DNA of 64,000 bases. Source: Octopus sinensis (Eukaryota). The stretch spans positions 39,804,001 to 39,868,000 of the forward strand of contig NC_043005.1 in NCBI RefSeq assembly GCF_006345805.1. The letters are read 5' to 3'. Under the pieces are notes generated by a model that was not told the origin of the DNA, searched no databases, and saw only the letters and a list, made by a program, of their open reading frames with translations. Shown here one piece after another: positions 36,124 to 48,882 of the stretch; position 1 is the first letter of the stretch; every line of letters starts with the position of its first letter. The translations under genes and the position numbers were made by a program.

Positions 36124-36134
36124 TATATATATAC

Positions 36135-36343
36135 ATGTGATCTCTTGAGCACCACCAGCAAAAAAATTTTTTCCTCTGTCTTCCCTTCTCGGGATCTTTC
36201 CTTCTCCTTTGTTTCCGACGAAGAGCTCCGCTCGAAACGTTAAACCCTCCTTCCCTTCTTTCCTGAGCGTCAAATAATACTTTAATTGTTCCACGTCCTC
36301 GCGTCGCTGTGTTTTTTTCTGTTTTCTTGTTTGGATTAACTTT
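36135..36343 (+). mobile_element. Second copy of the ~200-bp hammerhead-bearing repeat
   Basis: Matches 3298-3505. Motif guuu-CcGACGA-A-GAGCuccGCUC-GAAAC-GUU-aaac at 36211-36245 carries a U4C change. Confidence 0.75.
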
Positions 36344-36977
36344 ATATATATATAAGCAATTTAACGTTACAATAAAGGATTAGTTCAAACCCTTTAGTAG
36401 AGTACATATTTATCAACTTTTGAATGAAGTGGATGATAGCAAAGCTTTCGTCAGATTGTGGTTTATTTTAATTCATTTTTGACTTTATATAGTCTTTGGT
36501 AGGTAGTTACTTTTGGGTAGGTGAAATAATATGAATGATAATTAAGTGCGGAGTTGATGAACAGGAAAATTAGTCGCGTAAGAAGGAGGAAATATAAGAG
36601 AATATGATAAGAGTATTTGTTTGCGCGGTTCAGTTTGATAGAGAACTATGGTGAAGAGATTTATTTTGGTTTGATGTGGCAATTTTGTTATTATCTAGGG
36701 TTCAGTTAGGTGTAAAAGTGCAGGTACCAACAGATGCGTCATAGTCAGATCACGACATTCTTTGTATATAAGGTTTTTTGTGGGTTCGCAACAGAACGAT
36801 TGTATATAATGCAATTAGACATACAGAGGAGGTCAAAGGTTGGATGGAGTGTTGGGTTTTATTAGCGTTCAATTAAGAAATTCTTAACAGAATAATTAGA
36901 AAAGTTTGGACTGGAGATACTATATTACTGTAAATATTTAAGGTTTTCTTTTCTGTTTCTTGCGTAGCTAACACTAA

Positions 36978-37104
36978 GAGTGTATTATATACTCTTGAGT
37001 GTATTATATACTCTTGAGTGTATTATATACTCTTGAGTGTATTATATACTCTTGAGTGTATTATATACTCTTGAGTGTATTATATACTCTTGGGTGTATT
37101 ATAC
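36978..37104. repeat. Minisatellite: 19-bp unit gagtgtattatatactctt x6 plus partial copy
   Basis: Six identical consecutive units at 36978-37091. Confidence 0.95.
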
Positions 37105-38068
37105 ATTTATAAGAGTATAGATAAATGTACATATGTAACTGTACTATTATTTTCTGTAGATATATTGATATTCGTTATAAATCTATATCTATGGATGCAT
37201 ACACCTACAGAAAACGCGTCATTTCTATGCATTTATCTGGATGAATATTGACGGAATACACTCATCTGCATTTACAAACGTATACAACCACGCCAGAAAC
37301 AGAGTACAGAGCGCTAACAACCATTTACAGTAACGTAGTCCCCTCAATCCAAACATTCCCAATTAATCAGTTTAGAATGTCTTAACAAAAAGCTACCTTA
37401 GTACATTATTGGTATTTTATCATACGGCTGTCATTCGTGGCCGAGTATATCTTGGTATCAGTAAGCACATGACTTTTACTCATGTTTTATTTTCCTAGAT
37501 TCGCATGTAGTTTACAAGTAGACGCAGGCACAGACAATTTCTGGAGAGAGGGAGGAAGACGAGGAGGAGGGAGAGGAGGAAAGAGATATGAGAGAGAAGA
37601 TGAGAAGGGAGACAGAGAAGAAGAAGAAGAAGAAGAAGAAGAAGAAGAAGAAGAAGAGGAGGAGGAGGAGGAGGAAGGGAAGGAGGAGGGAGAGGAGGAA
37701 AGAGATATGAGGGAGAAGGGGAGAAAGAAGACAGAATGAGGTTGACGCACAATATTTAACTGCTTCTATTTTTCTATTGACTCCGGAAGAATGAAAGACA
37801 AGATAGGACTCTGCAAGATTTTGAATTCAGAACATTTTGACCAGAAGAAATGCAACAAGGCAATTTTATCCGATGCTGTAACTATTCGCCCAGTCCACCA
37901 CCATGTGTTACTGATCTATCCAATATGCCTGTGTTAAGAAGAGGAGAAGTTAAAATCAACCCTGATAGGATTTCATCCCACGGTATATTATATTTATCCC
38001 ACGCAACTCTGTATTTTGTATTTTTTGCTGAAAGGCTCTATCTTTTTTTCGAAAAATATAACTAACGT

Positions 38069-38375
38069 GGAGGCGCAATGGCCCAGTGGTTAGGGCAGCG
38101 GGCTCGCGGTCGGAGGGTCGTGGTTTCAATTCCCAGACCGGGCGTTGAGTGTGTTTATTGAGCGAAAACACCTAAGAAGCTCCACGAGGCTCCGGCAGGG
38201 TGGGGGGCGTGGCGACCCCTGTTGTACTCTTTCGCCCCAACTTTTTCTCACTCTTTCTTCCTGTTTCTTGAGTAACGCTGCGATGGACTGGCGTCCCGTC
38301 CAGCTGGGAGAAAACACATACGCCACAGAAACCGGGAAACCGGGCCCATGAGCCTGGCTAGTCTTGAAAAGGGCA
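38069..38375 (+). mobile_element. Family-C tRNA-derived SINE; donor of the 41867-42069 copy
   Basis: Head ggaggcgcaatggcccagtggttagggcagcgg; 3' part gagtaacgctgcgatggactggcgtcccgtccagctgg... is shared with 48883-49135. Confidence 0.88.
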
Positions 38376-38946
38376 AAAATATATATATATATATATAACT
38401 AACATTAATAGCATTATTTTCTCAAGTTCTGTCTTGTCATTTAGACAACACAGTAGTTGCCATAGTGGTCGTTCGTTGTTTCACTTCTTTTCCTTTTTTT
38501 CTTTTTCAATCATTTTTCTTTCCTGTTTTATACGTTTTTTTTTTTTACTAATTGCTCTTCATTATCTTCGCTTATATGTAAAAACATTTTTTTCCTGGTA
38601 TGACTTTATCTCTTTGTCTGCATGAATCGTTTCTGTTAAATTCACTGTCTCTTTCTGACGTTGTCGTCTCATGGTCTTAAATAAAGTCTTATAAAGACGT
38701 TTATTGTTATAGTGACTTACCGGATTTAAGCATTGCAAAACTTTCATCTATTCATCAACCGTTTGTTTAATTAACAAAAGCCGTGTGTTGGTAACGAGAG
38801 TGGGGAAGAAGAGGTGTGGAATGGAAAGGTAGGATAATTCTTTTAATCATTCATATATTTTTAGTGCATCTGTCAGGATTTGTCTCTGATCAGAGTCACA
38901 ACAGACAGATGTTTTATTGTTGTAAATGACAAACACACGCGTATAG

Positions 38947-39068
<122 letters not shown>

Positions 39069-39426
39069 CATACATACATACATACATACATACATACATA
39101 CACAAACAAAAACTCATACATAAATACATACGCATATATGTATACGTATGTATAAACATATATATATATGTATATATGTGTATATGTGTGTGCTTGTGGG
39201 TAAGTGTATGTTTTAAATATATATGTATACATACATCCACGCCTACGCACGTTCACACACGTACATACACATATACATAAACACACACTCGCAGACACAT
39301 ATATACACATATATACATACGCACATACATTCATGCATACTCATACATTTATAGATACATGCACATATACATACATACACATACATACATACATACATAC
39401 ATACATACATACATACATACATACAT

Positions 39427-39463
<37 letters not shown>

Positions 39464-40069
39464 TACATACATACATACATACATACATACATACATACAT
39501 ACATACAAAAACATACTAAACAATATTCCACTTCCGACTTCAAGAATGTATAATATCATTGTATTATACTATTATTCTAAATGGTAAGTGTTAACTATTA
39601 AGATTTTGGGAAAAAAAAATGTTTTTGTTTTTTAATAAACATTAAGTTGTTTTATTATTTGTAGAACAATAAAAGGAATCATTATTAGAAGAACAACTAT
39701 GTTGTCTTTTCTGTAGAATACATCTGTAGTTGGGTAATGAAGTCTGCTAAAGGTCAGAGGTTGCTATAATTCTCAGCACTAATGGCAAACTTAAATTCGA
39801 ATTGTTGATCGTTGTAATAAACATTAAATACCTGTTTTACTATATTACTATTTTACTGCATCAATAACGTCAGATTTTGTTTTACAGTGCGGTTACTTAT
39901 GGACGCTTGCTACTGACGAAGCCTACAGGCGGAAACTTCTCTGCATCATGATCTGAAATGTAAGATTTTTTTTCTTCCTTGATGACGGAGGTTCGATTTA
40001 CCCAATGTTTATTTGCTCTCATTCCTGATTGCATATTTTGCTGAACTACATCTACCAACATTACGATAG

Positions 40070-40234
40070 ATATATTATTTACATCATTTACATTTGACGG
40101 ATATTTGTCCTCATCATGTTTGTTGTTAACACAACATTTTGACTGATATACTCTCCAGTCTTCATGAGGTGTCTTGTGTAAATTTCGAACCTGGATTCTC
40201 ATTCCTAAGGTGTTTTTCGATGTTCTTGTTGTTG

Positions 40235-40235
<1 letters not shown>
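40070..40235 (-). mobile_element. Decayed PLE-terminal-type repeat with hammerhead-like fold
   Basis: Minus strand reads gacac-CUcAUGA-A-GACUG(gagaguauau)CAGUC-aAAAu-GUU-guguu, next to an (AAT)n/(AAC)n tract. Confidence 0.5.
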
Positions 40236-40322
<87 letters not shown>

Positions 40323-40354
40323 GTTGTTGTTGTTGTTGTTGTTGTTGTTATTAT

Positions 40355-40433
40355 TATTCAGGTCACTGCCTAGAATCGAACTCGGAATCTTGGGGTTAGT
40401 AGCCTGCGCTCTTAACAACTACACCATAAGCCC
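40355..40433 (-). mobile_element. Short tRNA-derived SINE head with (TAA)n tail
   Basis: Minus strand: gggcttatggtgtagttgttaagagcgc...gagttcgattctaggcagtgacctgaataataa. It has A/B boxes but no intact tRNA acceptor stem. Confidence 0.65.
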
Positions 40434-40557
40434 ATGAAGCCCAGGTTCGAATTTTCCCCAAGAATGAATGGGTCATTTCAAAATGTAACTACATGTGGAT
40501 TGTTGGCTAATTTTTTTTCCTCCGTCTTCCTTTTCTCTTGGACTTTCAGTCCATTAT

Positions 40558-40700
40558 GGTTGAAAATTTGGGTATGAGACGCGTGTCTGCCAAGTTTGTG
40601 CCAAAACTGCTTTCAGCTGACCAAAAGGACACTCGGTTTCAGTTGCACAAGATCTCCTTGATTGCGTCGAGAACAATGAAAACTTTTTGAAAACTTTGAA
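40558..40700 (+). mobile_element. Mariner transposase fragment
   Basis: ENLGMRRVSAKFVPKLLSADQKDTR...QDLLDCVENNENFLKTL, read across one frameshift. Confidence 0.75.
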
Positions 40701-41305
40701 TGGGCCTATGAGTAGGTATCACCAAGCTTTTGGCAAAATTTGATGCAGATTCTCTGCTCAATTTTTTCTGTCATGGTCAATGCGGGGATCACACGCTATA
40801 CACCTTCCTGCCAAGTACTACTGTAAACAGTGGAAGTGAGCTGGAACGTCAAAACTACATGTACAGTAGAGTTCAAGGTCAATCTGTGCCAAGCGGCTTT
40901 ACTCTGCGTACTTTAACTTTGTTACTACAGCAACAGTTTTATCGATCAGACTACGTATACATATACATTATGTATTAAACCCAAGCTGTTATATCTTATT
41001 TGTTTATCCGCATAATTCCCCAACTCTCTCTCTCTCTCTCTCTCTCTTTCTATATATATATATATATATAATATATATAATATATATAATATATACATAG
41101 TAGAAACTCGATCTTCTGACAACTCTGATCACGAATAAATCTCATTTTATCTCCTGTCTTTCTCATATTCATTTAATGCTGCAGTACTTCGGTTTACGAA
41201 CGTCTCTGATTACGAATGAATCATGCTTTATATATATATATATATATATATATAAAGCCCGATTTATTCGCCACCAGAGTTGTTCAAAAACCGAGGTACT
41301 ACTGT

Positions 41306-41341
<36 letters not shown>

Positions 41342-41854
41342 ACACAAGGTAGGATGGTTGAGACTGAAATACTTTGGATCATAGATAAGATCTATTACAG
41401 CTTATCTGGAGCTAAACATCAAAACTGACATTTGTGAAATATTATATTATATTAAAAATCAACGTTGTGGCGCTAAATTTAACGGCTAAAACTATTTCCT
41501 GGCCACCATATTTTCTATTCATTTCTAACAGATTTAATCTCAATTGCTCCAATTCACAATGGATTAATCTTCCTAGGTAAATAAAGTAATAATATCTGTT
41601 TTTTTTATTGATAATGAGGCCCTCAAATACCTCATATATCAATGCTCGTCTATGACAGTTGTTTGGTTTCAAAAGAAACACTGTGTTAAATGAATCAATG
41701 ATGAATGAATAATAAAACATATGGGGAAAGAGACTGCCTTCAAAGACCCCCAAGCTGTTCTGAACATTGTGGATAGATGCTGGGGCACGCTTTTGCGATC
41801 TACAAAGAATATTTGACAGATCGCCGACCTGTGTGATTATAGACCAATTCAGGA

Positions 41855-42080
41855 TGAGCTTAACACATACGCCACAGAAACCGGGAAACCGGGCCCATGA
41901 GCCTGGCTAGTCTTGAAAAGGGCAAATATATATATATATATATATATATAACTAACATTAATAGCATTATTTTCTCAAGTTCTGTCTTGTCATTTAGACA
42001 ACACAGTAGTTGCCATAGTGGTCGTTCGTTGTTTCACTTCTTTTCCTTTTTTTCTTTTTCAATCATTTTGAGCTTAACAC
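41855..42080 (+). mobile_element. Insertion copying the SINE 3' end plus downstream flank (38318-38516), with 12-bp TSD
   Basis: tgagcttaacac at 41855-41866 and 42069-42080. The insert matches 38318-38516 except for the A/TA run. Confidence 0.88.
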
Positions 42081-42734
42081 GGTTATCCCGAATCAGTGAC
42101 GAATGAATCAGTGATAGACGAGGGTAGATGCATTAACTTCTTTCACTGATAAGCCATAAAATAACGTTGTCATAGTGATTCGAACCAGGTACCTTGTGCT
42201 TGAAGCAGTCATGTGCTTTAGTTAAGTGATTAAAATATGTTATGCAGGGTTGTCAGTCGAAATTCTGACAGTTTTGCTGTAATAAAATCACGTGACTTTT
42301 TCTGACGTTCTGCAACAGACTAACGTTTCTGTCTAGGAAGGGTAAGGAGGAAGTGGAACGAGATTCATATATCGTCTGGTCGGCAGCTAAAAATACCGAT
42401 GACAAATTCTCGCCAGAAGAAACTTGTCAGACATTTAATGAACTAATATTTCATAGTCGAATTCTCTTATTAACTGTTGTCTCTAATTAACTTCGGAGTC
42501 GAAATGAGAAAAAAATGAATTTATTTTAAAAGCCATTTGTAGAATATTTGTAGAATGCTGTATGAGAGTGAAGCCATAATGGCGTATGGTGTAGAGTAAG
42601 AAGCACTCATCCCGCCGTAGTAGTTGGTTTCCGGTCCAGATTCAGTCAACCGAAAGTATTTTTCAGTCACTGCTATGTTCATGAGAAGACAATGAACATC
42701 ACAACATCCCGTTACCCAGCCTTCAGGCCCCATA

Positions 42735-42950
42735 CTTTGGCTGCCAGAACAACGCCATTCTAAAACAGCTTTCAGATGTACACCACTGGAGGGGGAAAAA
42801 AGAGGAAAACCGAAAACTACATGGCGCAGAACATTCGTAGCTAATACGAGTGTGGCCATTATCACACGGCCAGATGTAGAGAAAATCGCAACCAGTGGAA
42901 ACGATTTGCGTTAAATTGATGCCCATGAGCACAAGAAAAATTGGACAGAA
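42735..42950 (+). mobile_element. RTE-clade LINE 3' fragment
   Basis: ..KQLFRCTPLEGEKRGKPKTTWRRTF...DVEKIA...QWKRFAL.*CP matches the RTE C-terminal R.RGRPK.TW motif. Confidence 0.7.
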
Positions 42951-43509
42951 CTGCAGATATAGGGATCTGTAGTTTGTCAATATATATATGTGTGTGTGTG
43001 TGTGTGTGTATATATGTATATATGTGTATATTTATATATATATATATATATGTATGTATATACATATATGTGTGTGTGTGTGTCTATATATGTATATATA
43101 TATATATGTATGTATGTATGTATGGATGTATGTATGTATGTATGTATGTATATAAAATAGTGTACATTTAAACACAAAGAGAAATTACCTACAACAGGCA
43201 ATTTCTATACATTATGAGACAGTCATGTTATAGGTAATTTACCTTTGTGTTTAAATGTACACTATTTTATATTGAATAATATGACGTCTATTCACTTTTT
43301 ATACATGCTAGGCCACTGGTAGTGAAATTTGTAAAAATTTACTACCCTATATATATATATATACACATATAATAAGTATATATATGTATATCTATATCTA
43401 TCTATATATATATCTATATATATATATATGTATATATATGTATGTGTATATATATATATATTATAATATATATATATATATATATGAATATTCTTTTATT
43501 CTTATACTT

Positions 43510-43965
43510 GTTTCAGTCATTTGACTGCGGTCATGCTGGAGCACCACCTTCAGTCGAACAAATCGACCCAGGGCGTTTTGTAAGCCTAGTACTTATTCTA
43601 TCCGTTTCTTTTGTCGAACCGCTAGTTAACGGGGACGTAAACACACCAACATCAGTTGTCAAGTGATGGTGGAGGACAAACGCAGACACAAATGAAAAAC
43701 ACACAGATACACACACATATATATATATATATACATACATATACATATATACATATATATATATACACATATACATATACACACAAACATATATATATAT
43801 ACGACGGGCTACTTTCAGTTTCCGTCTACCAAATCCACTCACAAGGCGTTGGTCGACCCGAGGCTATAGTAGAAGACACTCGCCCAAGGCCCCACGCAGT
43901 GGGGCTGAACCTGGAAACATGTGGTTAGGAAGCAAGCTTCTTACCACACAGCTACTCCTGCGCCT
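43510..43965 (-). mobile_element. Full-length family-A SINE
   Basis: Reverse complement of the family-A consensus, from cttgtttcagtcatttgactgcgg to ctactcctgcgcc. Confidence 0.9.
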
Positions 43966-44412
43966 ATAATATATATATATATTTATATATATATGAAACG
44001 ATTTATAGTGAGCAGCAGAGAACGGAGAATGATTTCTGTGTGTCTTTGAAAATCATTTAGTTCTATCTCTGTCGCTAATGCATGAACTTAACATACAATT
44101 CACATTCTGTAGCGTAGAACATTTTTGCAACCAGTCAAATAAAAATCAATATTATGTAACATTCGAGTGAAACTGTTTCTTAGTTTCTTAATTACCATCT
44201 TATTCCGTGATTATTTATTTGATGAACGATCATACTTGTTTCAATGGAGTTTTGGAATGCTGACAACAAAAACAAACAAAAAGTTTCAATTTGAAACTCA
44301 GTTTTCTCGGAAAGTCAGTGTAAGGTGTATCAACACATGATCTAATACAGTCCATTACCCACTACACTTTCAAAAGTCATCTTTGAATCGATTAAAAAGC
44401 TGTTGTGGTCTC

Positions 44413-44479
<67 letters not shown>

Positions 44480-44498
44480 GTTATTATTATTATTATCA

Positions 44499-44530
<32 letters not shown>

Positions 44531-45090
44531 GAGTGAGAGAGCAGTTCATGCCATCAAAGTGACACTGGGGTAAAATATACGAAGCCCAATATACCCATCA
44601 TGACTACCCGTCTGATAAAGGTACACCAGGCACATGCATCACAACCATATGTGCGCGACATGGTGATCTCATATCAAGATAAACAGCACATGACCTTGCA
44701 GGTGGGGCCCAGTTAGAATTTTCTTCTGGTCGAGTAGCCCATCCCACTCAAAAGGTCCTTGAATAAGGGTTATTTAAGGATGTTAAACGAAACACCCATG
44801 TTTCCGGAGGTGAATCATTTAAACCCCAAAGAATCCCTCTCAACACATGGCTATGATGCTCCCCCACTACTTCTGCTCGTGATCAGAGATGCACATATCG
44901 TCAGCACTAAGGGACATGCTCAACTGGTTAAGGTCAAACAACTGACAAGCAAATCTGTGTATGAGCAGAAATATTGCTTTTGTAGCCCATCTTTATACCA
45001 TGACAAAACAATGTACATGATAACACTTCCAATCAGTTAAAATCAGAAGCCATGAGAGCCACTGCCTGGTACTGCATCAGGCATTATCAT
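44531..45090 (-). mobile_element. ~560-bp non-coding element bounded by (TAA)n arrays
   Basis: (TTA)n on both sides. Its terminus gagtgagagagcagttcatgc recurs right after the second array (gagtaagagagcagtacatgc, ~45125). Strand is inferred from the tail. Confidence 0.5.
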
Positions 45091-45149
45091 TATATATTAT
45101 TATTATTATTATTATTATATTATTGAGTAAGAGAGCAGTACATGCAGTG

Positions 45150-45420
45150 TTGAGAGCAATATATAGGCGAAAACCAAAACAGTCTACGCCAAAGGATGAC
45201 CCTACATAGATCCCAGACTGAAATTCAGGAATACAGAAAAATAGCATTTAGTGAACACATTGACATTTGCGCCACAAACGAACAACCCAACTTCAAAATT
45301 TTTCCCCTCTATAAATTCAGGGATGATGCAACTTATAATCAACGCATTAGCAAAGAGTCATATTCTATCACAAAATATAAACCCCTTTTGAATGCTTTCA
45401 CCACAAATGACATTACTACA
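45150..45420 (+). mobile_element. GIY-YIG endonuclease fragment of a second PLE type
   Basis: QYIGENQNSLRQRMTLHRSQ...YRKIAFSEHIDIC...FKIFPLYK...QRISKESY.I.KYKPLLN. Confidence 0.8.
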
Positions 45421-46086
45421 AGGGTCTTAGAATAATACCCATACAAATATTAAAAACGATATATTCAGATCAGTTACTATCCATGAATTTATTCAGAACA
45501 ATTCCAGTCACAACTACTATAACCACAACAGGTCATTTTTAGTATACTTGACCATTTAAGAAGCAACAGCATATTAATGTCATACCACTCCTGTTTTTTC
45601 ATATTCTTTCTCTTCTTTTCCTAATCTCCCTGCTGCTGCTTCTTCTTATTCTTCTTCTTCTTCTTCTTCTTCTTCTTCTTCTTCTTCTTCTTCTTCTTCT
45701 TCTTCTTCTACGTTGCCTCCTTCCTCGGTTGCTGCTGCTGCTTAAACAATCAGAACCCAAATCCCTCATGTTAAATATTTCTTTATATCTGCTACTACCT
45801 GCCTACCGAGCCTTTACAAAAGTTAAAGAGAGACAGACAGAAAAAAGGGGAAACGCCTCACGTATTTGAGAACTATGAAAATATTCTAAAAAACATTTAA
45901 TTTAATTTTTCCACTATTTAATTGTTTCACATGATTTACTCTAAGTTGAAAAAGTCGCAAAGGCTGAAACCAGTACTAAAATGTTCTTCATGATAAAATT
46001 ATTTTAGCAGTTTCTACTTTGTCTTATTTTCCTTATACATATCAATTCGCGTGTTATTTTTCAACCTTTTTACATTTACATATGTA

Positions 46087-47299
46087 TCAAGTTGAGTAAA
46101 AAGTAAGCAACGTTTTGAACCATGAAGAATTTTTACCGGATTTTGCAGTGTTTTGAATATGTTTGAAACAGTTTTTTTTCCAGTTGTCTGAAAATACAGA
46201 CATAGACTTGCCCAAATGCATCAATAAATTAACATTGATTTTTTTTATCGTTGTTATAATCATCTGAAATGGAACTGGCAAAGCACAATATTCGAGAAAT
46301 TTTGCTATTCAACTCCAAAAAAGGACATAAATCCACTGAAACTGTTCGCGATATCAAGGAAACGTTTGGTAAGGAAATGACTAGTGAGTGGTCGGCTCGA
46401 AAATGGTTAAAACCATTTTGCAATGAAGACCTGAGCCTTAAAGATCGTAAGCATAGTGGACGCCCATCTATCATCGATGACGGTCAATTAAAGACCGTAA
46501 TTGAGAAGGATCCACGTAAAACCACTCGAAAGCTGACAAAAGTTAGCCAGAAAACTGCCTGCAACCATTTACATTTGATCTGATGGGTACCACATGATTT
46601 GAATGAAAATCAGAAAATGCGCAGATACGAAATTTACTCTTTGCTTCTTCTTCGTAACTAGACCGGTCCATTTCCCAACTGTATAGTTCTTTGCGATGAA
46701 ATATGGATTCTGTACAATAAAAGAAGCGTTCTTCACATTGGTTGGACCAAAATGAAGCACTGAAACCCTACCCTAAACTTGAACTCTTCAAAAAGAATGT
46801 TATGGTGACTGTTTGGTGCTGTACTGCCGGGCTCATCAACTAAAACTTCTTAAAAACAGGAAAGACTATTACTACAGAAACATATTGCCATGAAGTTGCC
46901 AAAATGAACGAAAAATGTAACTCCTCCGCCTCAGACTGATCAACAGAAGGCCAGTCATTCTTCAGGACAATGTTTCACTAATGACGCTCCAAAAGTTGAA
47001 AAAACATGGCTATGAAGTTCTTCCCCACCAGCTTTTTTCTACTGAATACCACTTTTTCAAGCACGTTAATGGTTTCCTGTGAGAGGAGTTCAAAAATCAA
47101 ACCGATGCTGAAAGTGCGTTCAAAGAGTTCATCAGCTCCAGAACTCCAGATTTTTTTATATTACCGGAATAAACAAACTTGTAATTCGTTGGCAAAAATG
47201 TGTCGATTGTAATGGTATTTACTTTGATGAATAAAATTTCCGCATTGTTGAAATATATTGCGATGAAATTCAACGTTGCTTACTTTTTACTCAGACTGA
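46087..47299 (+). mobile_element. Mariner element with both TIRs and TA TSD; transposase pseudogene
   Basis: TIRs tcaagttgagtaaaaagtaagcaacg / cgttgcttactttttactcagactga, flanked by TA. MELAKHNIREILLF..., SGRPS, WVPH, VLCDEIWI, QDN. Confidence 0.92.
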
Positions 47300-47384
47300 T
47301 ATATTACTATACGTATAGCTATATAGCATATATTTATGCAAGTAACTGATAAATGTCTATGTGTGGTATATTATGCATATATAA

Positions 47385-47435
<51 letters not shown>

Positions 47436-47448
47436 TATATTACATATA

Positions 47449-47499
<51 letters not shown>

Positions 47500-47732
47500 A
47501 ACCGACATATGTGTGTGTATGCATGTGTCTATGTGTGTTGTCACTGTGTCTCTGCTTGTCCCTATCACTGCTTGCTTGGTGTGTTACGTCCTCCAACCTA
47601 TCAATTTGGGAAAATTACCAGGCTGGGGGACTAGGCTTAAAATATAAGTTCCGGGCTGGATTTGTCCGACTAAAGTCTTTCAAGCGGTACCCCAGCATGG
47701 CCTCAGTTAAATGACCGAACAGTAAAAGAACT

Positions 47733-47764
<32 letters not shown>

Positions 47765-47782
47765 CAACACACATATACATAT

Positions 47783-47837
<55 letters not shown>

Positions 47838-47869
47838 GAAAGTTGGTTGTGGAAAGCACGGGGTGAATA

Positions 47870-48477
47870 TATAAAAATATGTAAAGAGTGAAAAAACGAC
47901 AGAAGGCTTAAATGTTAAAAAATATATATATTTGCGTCAATATGTCTGAAGAAATATAGAAAATTAAAAAAAATTTTTTTTTCCTTTATAATGACATAAT
48001 TTTTAAAGAAAGACCGGTTTCGCATTTAGCTTTTCAAAGTTCTTGTGACGTTATGTTATGTTTAATAGAGTTATCCTTGTGTTTATGCTATGGAGAGTTC
48101 TAAATAAGGGAAGGTAGTGGGTGATTTCTTCCGGTGTAAGGGAGATAATCGCTTAAAAATTTTTTTCATTCCCTTAATGTGAATTTCTCTGTATCGATTT
48201 CTCTAAGCGATTATCTCCCTTATACGGAAGGAAATCACCACACCTTCCCTTATTAGAACTCTCGGAGCATATAAACACAAGGATAACTCTATTAAACATA
48301 AACATAACGTCACAAGAAATTGAAAAGCTAAATGCGAAACCGGTCTTTCTTTAAAAATTATGTAATTATAAAGGAAAAAAAAATTTTTTTAATTTTCAAT
48401 ATTCTTCAGACAATTGACGCAAATATATATATTTTTTAAACATTGTCGTTTTTTCACTCTTACTATTTTATATATAT
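47870..48477. mobile_element. Fold-back (palindromic) MITE-like element
   Basis: Arms of ~280 bp (47870-48155 and 48204-48477) are imperfect reverse complements around a ~48-bp spacer. Confidence 0.85.
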
Positions 48478-48882
48478 ATATATAATATTATATATATAAT
48501 ATATATATATATACTATATATATATATATATATATATATGATATATATATATATATAATATATTATAGATATATATATTATATATTATATATGGTGGTTG
48601 AGTTTAATCCTAGGTTTTAAGTATCGCTGACGAGGGTTAAGATGCTATGCATCATAAACCGAAATCGTTCGATTCCACTATATACGCTGGGGACTTACTT
48701 CCCTTTGTCAGTCATTAAGTACATTGCTTTGTGGTTTTTGAGTTGTTTTAACTCTTGTTTCTAGCAATGGCTGGTGCTGGTCAGTACCCTCCGCCACTTT
48801 TGTGACCTCTGTTAATTTTGCCTTTAGGTTCAAATTGCTAATAAGCCACTCATTTAATTTGTTATATATATATTATACATAT

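Noticed and set aside
36978-37104. CRISPR-like array
   Set aside because: Repeats are directly adjacent with no spacers, the context is eukaryotic, and there are no cas genes.
39913-39945. Hammerhead-like CUGACGA-A-GCC(uaca)GGC-GGAAAC
   Set aside because: There is an extra G in the GAAA strand and no convincing stem I or cleavage triplet. Similar weak hits near 55090 and 57716 were also dropped.
40355-40433. Functional tRNA gene (also the SINE heads at 2161, 26868, 38069 and 48883)
   Set aside because: A/B boxes are present, but there is no complete cloverleaf or acceptor stem and they continue into SINE bodies or tails.
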